The notes under the pieces are model-generated. The model saw only the letters and a program-made list of their open reading frames with translations. It searched no databases and was not told the origin of the DNA. A stretch of 63,948 nucleotides of DNA, the filler included, from Thelocarpon superellum (lineage: Eukaryota), in assembly GCA_026025795.1 (NCBI GenBank). It is 8 parts of 8 records of this genome, joined end to end, with 100 filler letters (N's around TTAATTAATTAA, not from the genome) between each part and the next. Parts side by side here need not be neighbours in the genome. Positions count along the whole stretch, not along the records: positions 1 to 8,369 come from JAPEUG010000604.1; positions 8,470 to 16,748 come from JAPEUG010000606.1; 6 more parts are not named here. One strand, written 5' to 3'. The first letter of the stretch is position 1; every line of letters starts with the position of its first letter. The position numbers and the translations under genes were made by a program. This document shows positions 1 to 11,479 of the stretch, piece after piece.

Positions 1-413
1 GGGATGCCGGATAGGCGCATTGTCGTTTGGCTGCGATCGGTCACTATGACACATGTCGAGCGGTGCAATTGGTTGGGGGTCATGATGTGGCGTCCCCTCC
101 TTAACGTAGCGGACGTGGTGAAAGTTGGCGCTGGGTGAGACGGAGCCAGCAAATGATGGAGCAATGCACGTACGAAGTACCAAACCTCCGGCCCTCTCTT
201 CTAACATTATTACCTGCGAGAACCATGGGTATGTACAAAACCGGACCGGCCCGGCCCGCTTCACACGATCCGATTCGATCCAGAAGCGGCTCGGTCACTT
301 TTGGCTCGCGGCCTGTATACCGCGGCGCCGGACGGGAGTGTGCGCTCCGTCGTCACCCGCGCCGGCTCTTCTCGCCCTCCCTCCCCTGCCATCCCCCCAA
401 CGACATGCATGCT

Positions 414-1553
414 TCAGACGGTGTAGCGCTCCTCGTCCACCACCTTTTCACTGGCGCCCTTGATCAAATGACTCATGTCGCCGACGGGAATCTGGAAGGG
501 GAAGTCGAGCGCAGCGAGCATCTGGGCGAAGAAGATATACCAGCCTGCGGCGACGGCGATCAACGCAAAGACACCGCCAGCCTGCACGATTCATTAGCCT
601 TCCGTCTGCTTCAGACCGGGCGGGTGTAACTCGGGATGCCGAGGCGGGGTACACGGTGACGTACCACGGTGAGCTGGTGAGCAAGCTCCATCTGGCCTTG
701 GGCTTCCTGCCAATAGACGCCAGCCAAAAGGCAGAAGAGGATGAAGTCGCCGAAGAAGATGATGACGAAGACGATGTTGGTCCGTAGGGCGCAGATCAGG
801 TAGATGAAGCAGAGGAGGGCCATGAACAACATGAAGAAGCCTCAAGAGACGACCCACGTGAGCTGGCGCCAAGGCACGGCGGACTCGCGAGGACGGGTCA
901 CTCACCAAAGCTGGCCTCAAACATGTTATTGGTCAGTCCTTGCTCGGGGTGGTCCGGTGAGAAGGCGCCGTAGGCGTAGAAGAAGGGCGTCAGGGTGGCG
1001 CCGAGGGCGAGGAAGAAGCCGCCAAAGGAGCAGAAGACGACAAAGGGGAAGGTGTTGCCCAGGAAGAACTCCAGCATGCCGCTCAGCAGGCACAGGACGC
1101 CTCCCATGAAGTAATAGGCCCCACTATCCCGTCCGGGTCAGCCGTCGGCATCTCGTATGGGCAGCGAGGGAGTACAAACACGTTGGCCGCATCTCCTCCC
1201 GCACCTCGCCATCCCATCAGATCACACGCAAGCGGGCTCACGCTCAAGATGAAGCCCAACAAGCCGCTGCGCACGGTCAGCGGGGAATGATGCGCGCCGG
1301 TGTGGGCATGGACGACGGCTTACAGCGGCGTAGGATTGCCAAAGGTCTTGCGGAGGTCCCCCTTGACCCGCGTCTCGGGCGAGAGGTACAGCTTCTCGAA
1401 GAGCTCGGGCGAGATGGTGAAGCTCTTGGCCGACTTGAGCTGATGCAGGCCGTTCCCTTTGTCATCGTGGCCCCCATCGTACGCGCTGTCGGCCTTGGAG
1501 ACGGTGCTCTCCTTCTCGAGGTTCGTCGCAAAGGGAGGGGCGTAGGTCGTCAT
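414..1553 (-). CDS. GPR1/FUN34/YaaH (Ady2/AcpA-like) acetate/ammonium transporter, 5 exons
   Basis: Spliced reading MTTYAPPF...ISPELFEKLYLSP...TFGNPTPL|GLLGFILS...|GAYYFMGGVLCLLSGMLEFFLGNTFPFVVFCSFGGFF...|GFFMLFMALLCFIYLICALRTNIVF...|AGGVFALIAVAAGWYIFFAQML...IPVGDMS...TV*. The NPxPLGL and GNTF motifs are typical of the family. Four GT..AG introns lie at about 1323-1268, 1180-1124, 905-841 and 664-584. Confidence 0.9.
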
Positions 1554-4500
1554 GGCGATGCTGGCTGGGTCGGACCGGGTCGAGTCGAGACGCGGGATGC
1601 TAAAGGGCGGACGAGCAGACAAGGAGGACAACAGGCTCGACGGACGAGCAGGAGCGGACGGCGGCGTTCATGGCCCACGGCGACGTCGGTGTCTCTGAGA
1701 TATAAATCCCGTTGTCTCTGATCACAAGGGCACCCCGGGCGGCCCGAGCCCGCCGCAGCCCATGTTGTCAACAGGGCTGCAGCGGGGCGCAAGCAAGGGT
1801 GTCCTGGTGCAGAGACTTCGGGGCGTAGCCACGCAGCGTTCGACGCCATCACGCCTTCCGGGCGGTAGAACATGGGGGGGGGGGAGAAGGGGGGGGAGGG
1901 CGTGATGTGGAGCGAGGGCAAAGAGAGCGAGGCGACGCCAGTGGGGCTCGAGAGCGAGGCTTTTGGCGTTACGCCAGATGGTCGGTCCGCAACTGGTTCC
2001 AGGGCTCGACGCATCTCGACGCATCGCACCGGCCTTCCCCCATCCACCCACACGCACCACCACATCCGCTCGGGCTCAAGCGTCCGAAGCGTCCGGGTGT
2101 GATGTGAAGGGTTTCGGGGTGAGTGAAAATGTCTTGCTCGACGCGTCCCATGGTCTCTGATTCTGATGGACCGGAGCCGGTCCACGCCCGATTCGTTTCA
2201 CGCGGTGCCTGGGGAAGCGGCCCGTGGGTGGGAGCGAGCGAGGCCTTCAGATCGGGAACGTTACAAGTGACGTCGCACCTGATCGAACTCGCCTCGACCC
2301 AGTAGTTGCGCCACAGCCGAGCGCCAATTATTCGCGGGTCTAAGTCTACTGGCCGGGCGAGCGTCCAAGGGCGCTCTGCACCACGACCGTACTCTGGGAG
2401 CGGCGACGGGCGGGCAGGCCCAGATGCCGGCACTGGCGATGCACGTCATCCTGGTGCTCACCGGCAGATGCCGCCGGCTGCAGCGGTCGAGCGCTGCGGG
2501 GAGGGGGAAGGGGTGAGGAGGAAGAGGGAGGTGGTGGACGGGGAGCTCGATTCGACTAACGGTGCGCTATAGCGACGGCGAGATCGTCGCTGGCTGCAGT
2601 AGCGGAAGCTGAGGACCGGCTCGCACTAATTTAGACCAATCGGCCTGCAATGCCGACCAGGCCCTCGCCTAGACATCCTTCACGCCGGTGCGATGGGCAA
2701 CATTGTCTTCGCCATCGACTACGGCGTACGGCGTACGGCGTATGGCGTCTTGACCCTGAGGAATTCGCGCACCGCTGATGATGCAAGGACGAATGTGCAT
2801 GTGTCAGAGGCACGGTGCGCCTGCAGTGCATGCTGTGACCTTGCTGCACTGCGGCCGCTGCATCTTCGGCCCACGTTTGTCGACGTGGTTGGGTCTGCGT
2901 CGGCGGCGATCCCTCGGCCACTCGGTTTTAGACGCGCGGACGAGAGACCGACCGGATGGCCAGGACACGAGCGTGGAGCTTGCTTCCAGTGTGTCGCGTC
3001 GTTGGGACGAACGAGCGACCTGGATTCTGCAACAGTCACCTGAGCCTTTCGTCGTCCCTCCTGCAAATTCACGCCGCGCCCACCATGGCGGTCACGATGT
3101 CTTGGACGGCGGCAGCAGTGATGAGAGAAATACGCCTTCGCGGCAGGATGCGGGCGCCGGGCGGGGCGTGCTCCCATGATGAAAATGCACGCTCGCGTCC
3201 ATCAACCCGCGATAGATAGCCGCGAACGGTCCTCATCACTGGAGAAATGTGGCTCAAGCCCCACATTCTGAGCCTCGAGGTGCGAGACGTCCCAATTACG
3301 CACACCGCTCTCCGCTGCTTGTAGAGCACCTGAGGGCACAGGAAAGCTTGTTCCGGGCACTCGCCGCCGGCGAACCTGCAAGCTTCGAGCGGCTTCAAGC
3401 GGCGAAGAGATCCTACGAAGAATAGATGGGACGGTGGGTCGGCGATTGGCGCGCCTCATCTTTCCCCGTGTTCCGTCGTCGTGTGAATGGTCTGGACCGT
3501 GAGCGTGTTCACTGCAAGCTTCCCTCGAAGCTCCTCGTGGTGGACGGAAGCAGTGCGATTGTCCCGCTTCCCAGGCACAAGGCTTTGTCATGCACTGTAG
3601 GAGTGGTTCCAAGGTCGTAATCGAGGCTTGGGTGAAACGCGTCCAAGCGTGGCTTTCTGGGGGAGCCGGGATCGACTGCTGGGATCGTATGCCGGGATCG
3701 AATCGACGTGGAGCTCAGTCCGGAAGTAAGCACGCCTCTACCTTGTACCGAGGCGGAGGGGCAGATCTGCTGATGCCAAGCGCCGTAGGATGCAATTCCA
3801 TACCTCGTCGAACGCGTACAATGTACCGGAGGTCCTTCGTCCGTCGTGCTATCGAGAACAAGGAGGCGGAGGTCCCGCGAGCGGGGGAGAAAGTACCGCA
3901 ATCCTTACCGAGAGGTGCAAAGCATCACGACGAGACCTCGTGCAGACGCGGTACCAGTCGGGGAGTTCCGAGCGCTCAACCTTTTCCATCATGCCCCAAT
4001 GCAAGCCCCTGAGCGCATTGGACAAGCTCTCTGTGCGAGAGACCCTCACATTTGCTTCGATTCCTCCGCACAGACCACCACCCTCCAGCATCCGTACCGC
4101 GTCCCCTACGATGCCCGAACGACAAATGTTGTGGACGCCACTCCTCTTGACGCCGATGCTCTAGTCCTTGGCCCAACGTTCATTCTGATACGATTTAGCG
4201 CCTGTCTCGTCATGCTGATCGAGGGCACACTGGGCCAAGATGACAGAAATTTTTATCGATCGCTGTCTCTAATTGTGGGGCAAGTGGGATTGTGCTCGGG
4301 GGGCTTTGGAGCTGGTGGATATTTAAGCTACGTGGATTCTGGGCGCGAAACGTCTTGAGGACCGAATGATGGCTCGCTGCTCGGCCCTCCGTGCGATCAT
4401 GAGACCAGGCGGAGAGGGAGAGACACGAGGGGCAAGGCGGAAGCAGGGAAAACCGTTTGTGGGGAAGTTGAGCATAGTACTAGGTGGGATATGGAACGAG

Positions 4501-4608
4501 AGGGGTGGAATGGCGTGAAGTGCAGGGAAACCCTGGCTCCGACGCAGGCTCTTCCCCAACCAGTATGGAGCTTCGGACAGAAAGCATGACTGAGGTGTCC
4601 TCATGGCG

Positions 4609-7600
4609 TCACTGCCAATACTGAACAAAAATTGAGCGTCAGTCTCGCATTTCTGCCACGTCATCACTCCCCACACGTTCGCAGCATACCATGGTGTAGC
4701 GAAGACTGTCCTTGACCTCGCCGAGGATTTGTCCTCCATCGGGACTATCTCGAACATGGAGTCGGGCTCGTTCGCACGCCTGATGCGCGTAGTAAACCGG
4801 AGGAACTGCCCTTGTTAGCACGAATCGCCCAGCCATGAAGCCTTCATTTCCATACCGATGGATACAGCACTCGTAGCTCGCGAATACGTCCAGCACAAGT
4901 TATTTGTCATCCGCTGAAAGTCATTCGCAGACAACTTGTTTTCGTCCAGTATGACAGCGTATCTGGTAGGGCGATTGGTGCCCTGAAGGCCCGGATGGGC
5001 GACGAGGTCTGCTCTGGATGAGTATACACCCGCTGGTCATGGAAAGCGTACTGACAGATATCATTTGCGGTAGAGTTCTCCACCACCGTGCCAGGAAGAA
5101 CATTGCCATTCTTATCCCCTTGGCCTGTTGGGAAAAGGCGCGTGTGATGACGTTTGACGCATACCACAATGGTGATCCTCGGGGGTGCTCCTCCGAGTTG
5201 TGCACATGCATCTAGAGACCCGGTCAGTAATCTGGAGACATGCTGTGCACATTCTGCTCATACTCTTAAGCGGCTTGGCTTCTGCCGCCAGAATTTGCCC
5301 AAATTGTGACTCGGAAAGACCGTCTCGATAGTAAATGATCGATTCCGGAAGTTTCCCACCATTTTTGGCCGAGTAGCGACGGATCAGCTCTTTGACCATC
5401 TCCTGGAAGTCCAGGATCAATTGTTCTTTGCCGTCTTGCGCACTCGCTACTGCCGTATACGCTACGCATGCCCCATCCCAGGTGGCGGTCAAGGCCGAAA
5501 ATGACGGCGGCAGTGGGTTGAGGCGAAGCTGCGCCGGCGAAGGATGTGACGTATCTCCACCAAGGATCATACATCCTTTGCGGAAGAAAGGCTCGTCAAT
5601 TCTATGATTGGCGCCACCGAGCTTGACGTTGACCTTCAGGCCCACGTTGGCAAGGTATTGTGTTTGGCCTCGTTGCTTCATCGCCTTCTCCACAAGCATT
5701 ACTAGGAACTATCAGATTAATGTTCCAGCTGCGAGCTTGGATTTGCCTACCTTGAGACGCGACGCCAAACTGGACGTCGCAGGCATTCTTGATCGCCCCA
5801 TAGAGCCTATCGGCCCCAGAGTGCAAGAGAAAGAAGAGAATTTGGGGCTTCTGCAGGAACTGAGCATCTGCTTTGCTCAGGAGATCTGCAATCATCAGTC
5901 TGACATCGCCTTGCGGGTTGCCCTTGACAAATGATGGCGCTGCTTGGGGCACGCTCATGCCCAGTTGGCTGAAGGCCATTCCAATAGCTTCGCCGAATCG
6001 GCCAATGGCGCCATCGTCTAATGCTTGGCGTGCTGGGAAATATATTGTCCCCCAGGATGCAATGGAGCATGGTTGGAGCAGGCGCCGACCGCGAAGATTC
6101 CAACGCCCCATCGCCGGGGCGATGGGGCCTGTAGATGGCCCGTATCGTGGATTGGGGGTAGGCAGAATCCGGGCATCGATCGTCATCATCTCGGTTTCTA
6201 CTGACAGGCCCATATCCTCTGGCTTTTCAAGCGTGTGCCATGCGAGCTTTTTCACGTTTTCGGAGATTTGTTGATGTCGAACGTACGCCGATGCCGTGGC
6301 AAAGCCGATGAAATCGGCCGTTTCAGCCCCATCTAGCACCTCCTTGAATCGTTCCCCCTTAAGTTTCATCAGTGAGGGTACGGGTATGAGGACTACCAGC
6401 ACTCACATGTGCGGAAAAGCAGAGCTCCAACGGAAACTGTCCTGCCCTGGTATCTGCGAGCGGTAGATTGGGGTATTGTAGTTTGATAGCATAGGTGTTC
6501 AAGAAGTAGCTGTAAAGGGTTAGCCATCCCGCCGAGTCAGAGCGAATACTCAAGAGCATTACTCACTCGGCCACATTTGTCACGACAGCTTGACCGGTGG
6601 CGCGATCCATCATCTCAAATTGAGTCTCGCGCGCGTTCTTTCTACTCCATTTCGACAGGCGGACCTTTCGCTGGTTCGCCCCGGCCTTGAGATGTCTTAC
6701 ATTAAAGTAAAGACCGACTAATCGCGAGCAGGCTGAAAAGAAGTTGTTTGGGTTCTCCAAGAACCATGCTTCGAGATTCCACTGCGGGGCCACCCCGCCA
6801 AGCGCGCGGATCATGTCGATAATGTTCAGGTCAGGGACCCAAAAGGCAGATGTGGCGGTATCGACATTGATCGTCAGCAGGCCAAATCGAATTTGGACTG
6901 ACTGATAAACACCGCGAATCGCTTCAAGGACATTGTGGGTTGAAGGCAGCAGCTTCGACGTCTTGGACGTCCGGTCGAAATATGCACCCGATCTGCCACT
7001 CGTGACCCAGCGGGCTGCAGGATCTTCGCGGTACACCGCATTGAGCCACTTAAGGAGTGGGGCAATATCCGAATTGCCGTTAGGGTCCAGATCAATTTTT
7101 GCCCGGATAATGTAGTCGACTAATGCCTTCACACCAATGGCACCTGTATTTCGAATTCGGATTTCCACCTGATTTGGTCGGTCTGGCGCGTGTCCTGGCA
7201 TGTCGATGACGGTCGACTTCTCTGATCCGTTGGAAAGCAGCTTTGACGTGGACCATCCAAGAGAGACCCCTGGAGATGATATTCAGTCGCCGTTGGCTTC
7301 ACAACACAACACGATCTCCTCTGACCATCAAAAACAAAGAGCTCCCCGAGGAATTCCCGCACCGAGGCATGTCTCATTATGTTGAGGACTTGATTTTGAG
7401 TAGGGGTATTGACTCCTCTATGCTGGGAAGAAAGTGGCACTTGTATCTGAACCTAAGGTCGTGTCAGACTGAAGAAGCTGCGGCGGCATATTGAAAGACT
7501 TACGTTATACTGATAGGTGGTGCAGATTGGAAGAGACCGTACTGCGTAGTGGTTAACGAGGACCTGTGTCCTCGACCCAAGATTTCCCTTCATTGGAGGG

Positions 7601-7782
7601 GTCTTCTGGGGGAAGTGTCGTCCCTTTTTAGGAACATGTATCGACTTCGACCCTGGTGGAACCATTCCAGTGGTTCGAGCATCACCTCGGTCCCCTCGAG
7701 GACTTCGCGATCGACGTCGTCTACTATCGAGTAGGTGATCATCCCGATGGCGAGGAAAAGAGGCTCGATCGGGATTCGACAT
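4609..7782 (-). CDS. Argonaute (PAZ-MID-PIWI), about 10 exons
   Basis: N-domain VNHY; L1 LEAIRGVYQSV...INVD; PAZ YFLNTYAIKLQYPNLP...FPLELC; MID LYGAIKNACD..GVASQ and NVGLKVNVKLGG; PIWI GGDTSHP, IIYYRDGLSESQF, KRHHTRLFP, GNVLPGTVV, GTNRPTRY, PPVYYAH. The last micro-exon is YWQ* (TGA 4609-4611). Nine GT..AG introns could be traced. Confidence 0.95.
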
Positions 7783-8369
7783 TGTGCTTGACAAGCTTCG
7801 AAATCAGAGTAATGACTAGAAGTGCGGCAAGAGATTGTCAGCCGAGTGCCATGATTTGGGTCAAACGGCGGGCTGATGGTGAACGTGCATGTGACGGTGT
7901 GACGAAGAGGGTTTGAGCAGTGGGAAAGGGCTGAGACCCTGTGGCAACCGAGCTGCGATGGTTTCCAGATGAGAAGAGCCTGAAGTTTTGGTGTCTCTTA
8001 GGGAGAAGAGGAGAAAGGTTTGCGTGCTTGGTATCTGCCAGCAGAAAGATGAGACAGAGCGAAGAAGGAAGAGAGATTGAGATGGAGTGGAGGAAGAGAG
8101 GTGGTCGGTGAAAACCGTCGCTTTACAGCGTTAGAATGGAGACAGCGTGAAGGTACTGTGAGGCAGCGACGGGCATTACCTGAGAAGGCTAGGCTAATTG
8201 TTGTGACGACGTAGGGGTGAGCTGTCCATTCAGACGTACCGTAAGAAGGTGGAGAGGACGATAAGACGAAACAGCTAGGTATTTGAGATGTGGTAGTCGC
8301 TCAGGCCCGCTGGATGACACGCTCCAGAGTATGTCCGGTAGAGGCCTTGATAGTGATCTGGGTGAGATG

Positions 8370-8469
8370 NNNNNNNNNNNNNNNNNNNNNNNNNNNNNNN
8401 NNNNNNNNNNNNNTTAATTAATTAANNNNNNNNNNNNNNNNNNNNNNNNNNNNNNNNNNNNNNNNNNNN
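8370..8469. other. Artificial contig-joining spacer N44-TTAATTAATTAA-N44
   Basis: Identical 100-nt block with a linker that places stop codons in all six frames; it occurs seven times in the window. Confidence 0.98.
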
Positions 8470-11171
8470 CTCCAGGCCGCCTTGGGCAAGAAGAATGCCA
8501 CCTTTCAGGACATTGATCATTTGATCACCCGGTGAGGATGGATGCAGTGGTGGCGGACCTGCGGCAGACTGACCTCCGCAGATACCGAGACGCATGCGAG
8601 AAGACAATCTTCTCCGACTTTGATTTTGCCACGAGCAAACACGTGGAGGCGCGGCTGTGGGACGCACATGGCAAGATCAACAACAAGTTTCGGAAGAATC
8701 TGGGACGGGTAAGATGGCCACATCCGTGCGTAGAACTTGACCTAATCTGGGCAGTTTCGAGAAGAGCATGGCAACAAGAAACCGGTGGAGCTACGAAAGA
8801 TGATAAAGCATTATCTCGACTTCATCAAAGCCAGCCAACGCTTCTACCGCGCCTACGTTCAGCGGCTCTCGACTCAATTCGGAGGAGTCCCCGAGCTGGA
8901 GCTAGTGGCACAGAAGTTCAAAGTGGGTGGTGCGGCCGACTTGCAATCACGCCCATTGCCACGAAACCAGCGTCAGATTCTCCTGTCCTGTCATCAGACG
9001 CTCGTCCGTCTCGGAGACCTGTCGCGATATCGAGAGTCGGATCTTAACACCAAGGAGCCGAACTGGGGTCCGGCCATCGGGTACTATGACCTGGCCGGGG
9101 TCATCTATCCCGCGTCGGGGGCCTCACACAACCAATTGGCCGTCATCGCGCTTGCGGATGGTAATCACTTCCGCGCCACGTATCATCTCTATCGGGCGCT
9201 GGCGGCGGACGAGCCTCATCCGACGGCACGAGGGAACCTCGAGATTGAGTTGAAGAAGATTCTCGCGGCCTGGGATAAGGGAGAGCTGATCACGACGGGG
9301 TCGGGCGAGAAGAGCGATGCGGCACGGGCGCTCCTCGCCTGGTTCGTCCGCCTTCACGCACGATGTTACCGCGGTCAAGACTTTGCCGAACACGAGGAGT
9401 TGGAGAACGAGGTGCTAGGTCAGTTGGTGGTTGACTTGAAAGAGCGATCGCTGGACACGACCTTGCCTAAGGTTATTCTGACCAACGTGGCGGCGGAGTT
9501 TTTCGCAGGGGTGAGGGTGGAGGGTGAGTCGTGACTTCCTGAGATGATGACCTGGGTGTGTCGCTAACTGGGTGTAGCGGACCCGGAGTGCAGAGACAAC
9601 GTCCAGGCATACTTCTTCTTCTTGAGGTTGAACGTCAAGACGTTCTTTGCTCTCCTCCAGGTCCTCAACGGGGAGGTTCAAACGGGTGAGATGGCAGATA
9701 AGATTTCGAGCGTGACACGCCGAATACTACCGGGACTTCGACATTGCAGCACGTGGCTGGTGGCAAACTCGGCATTGTTGGCGGCACAAGTAGGAGACAA
9801 TTCTCTGAACGTGCAGATCAAAGAGATGTGGAGGATGTACGCCAGTAGCTTGACTCTCTTAGCCGCCACCTTTGCCGCCGAGACCTTGCCGGCAGCCGAG
9901 TATCTCCTTGAAGAGGATGAAGATACGCTGGGATTCAAACCGTTTGATACGAACGCGACGAAAAGTCGGTATTACGTCGGGGACAAGAAGAAGCCGAGGA
10001 GTTACGATGTGCGCGTGAAGCGACATCATCCGAACGTGGAGATGTTGGTGAGAGTGCGAGATTTCTTGACCGATGGGGTGGAGCTCGCGGTGAGGGTGGT
10101 AAGAAAACCACTACAGCGGAGGGAGATCTCTTACCAATTTCTTTTACGATTCAGGATATTCCCGTCTCCCTGGCGAAGAATGGGGTTTTCACCTTCCAAG
10201 AAGAGGGGCTGGCAGAAGAAAATCAGCCCATCGATGAAGTCCCGGCCATAATGTCGGAAATGGCAGCTATATCGGCAACCAACGGACATGGGGTCGAAGC
10301 CGAATCGGAATCAGAAACAGACCCAGATCCAGACCCAAACCCCGACGCGTCAGAATCAGCGTCGATAACCATGTCAACGAACATGCAAGATATGGTCTCT
10401 TCACTCGTCGACATGGACGCGGACGAGGACGCTGACACCAATGGCGATCCCGATTCATCGTCCAAGCCACGACCGCCAACCGGGTTTCCGACATCTTCTA
10501 TGACGGCATCGACCCCCACAACCGCCACACCCACTACATCCACGACCGAGAAAGGGGATGTGCGCTGGCCAGAGCATACACTCACCGGCGCCCATCACAC
10601 GCCCCGACCCTCTCTGCCATCCATCTACAACACGCCTTTTGCCCCACAACCTTCCGAACAGGGCCATGGTCAGAGTCAGAGTCAGACGGACTTGGGGATG
10701 CTTCTTCCTGTGCAGACGTCTTGCGCCAGCAGTACAGGCATGGTGCGTGACGGGAGCAGCGGGAGTGGAACAGGAGGGCGGATAAGTCCGCGCGGGAGCC
10801 TCTCCTACATCGTGTCGCCCACCTATTCGCAGGGACAGCTACAGGGGGCGTATTCCTCGCCAGCAGGGCAAACGCCCATATCGAGACAACTTTCCATATC
10901 TATGGCCATGGCCCTGTCTCCATCTCCCTCTCGATCTCTCTCTCAACCGCAGTCGCAATCGCAGTCGCAATCGCAGTCGCAGTCGCAATCTCAATCGCCG
11001 TCGTTCAATACCGCATTCAGCCCGACTTTCCACCCCTCGCCGTCTCTTTCCGCGGCGTCGCCTTTTTACTCTTCTACTTCTTCTGCGTTGGGTCTGGCCA
11101 CTGTGCAAGGGAAGGGGGACGTCAATGCTTCCGGGAGGGAAGCAAGGGATGAGAGAAGAGAGAGGAGATGA
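8470..11171 (+). CDS. Est1/Ebs1/SMG7-family protein (14-3-3-like TPR, EST1 DNA/RNA-binding domain), 5' truncated by contig start
   Basis: Spliced exons ...LQAALGKK..|YRDACEKTIF..VEARLWDAH..|..RLGDLSRYRE...AIGYYDLAGVIYPASGASHNQLAVIA...ATYHLYRAL...LEEDEDTLGFKPF...HPNVEMLVRV, followed by a Ser/Gln-rich disordered tail. Introns lie at about 8532-8581, 8709-8754, 9524-9577 and 10099-10154. Confidence 0.88.
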
Positions 11172-11479
11172 TTGTGGCGCGAAGCAGGGGTGGAGAGGGA
11201 GCTTGTGATTGCTGCTTCCATATATTTGCTGCTCCTGCTTATCCACGCCTTTCTCTACTGCTACTGATGCTGGCCCTGCTACTGATAAGAGTAGTCTGTA
11301 AGACGAGTGCCTTCCGCTGCTATTTTGTTCATGTCGTAAGATGAAGTGCCACCGGGTCATGTGCACATACGCTGGTAGTTGTTGAAACGTCTATTGCGAT
11401 CCAACCATACTCCCACTTGCGGGATGGTATGGAATTCGATGGAAGGAAAAGGATCATGCCACGCTGCCTATGCCTATGC

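Noticed and set aside
8414..8425. TTAATTAATTAA palindrome recurring every 8.3 kb as a biological repeat, CRISPR-like array or transposon target site
   Set aside because: It is always embedded in exactly 44+44 Ns. It is an all-frame stop linker added during assembly concatenation.
4609..11171. Apparent RNA-surveillance cluster of Argonaute next to the Est1/SMG7-like gene
   Set aside because: The genes are on different contigs separated by an artificial spacer; adjacency comes from size sorting.
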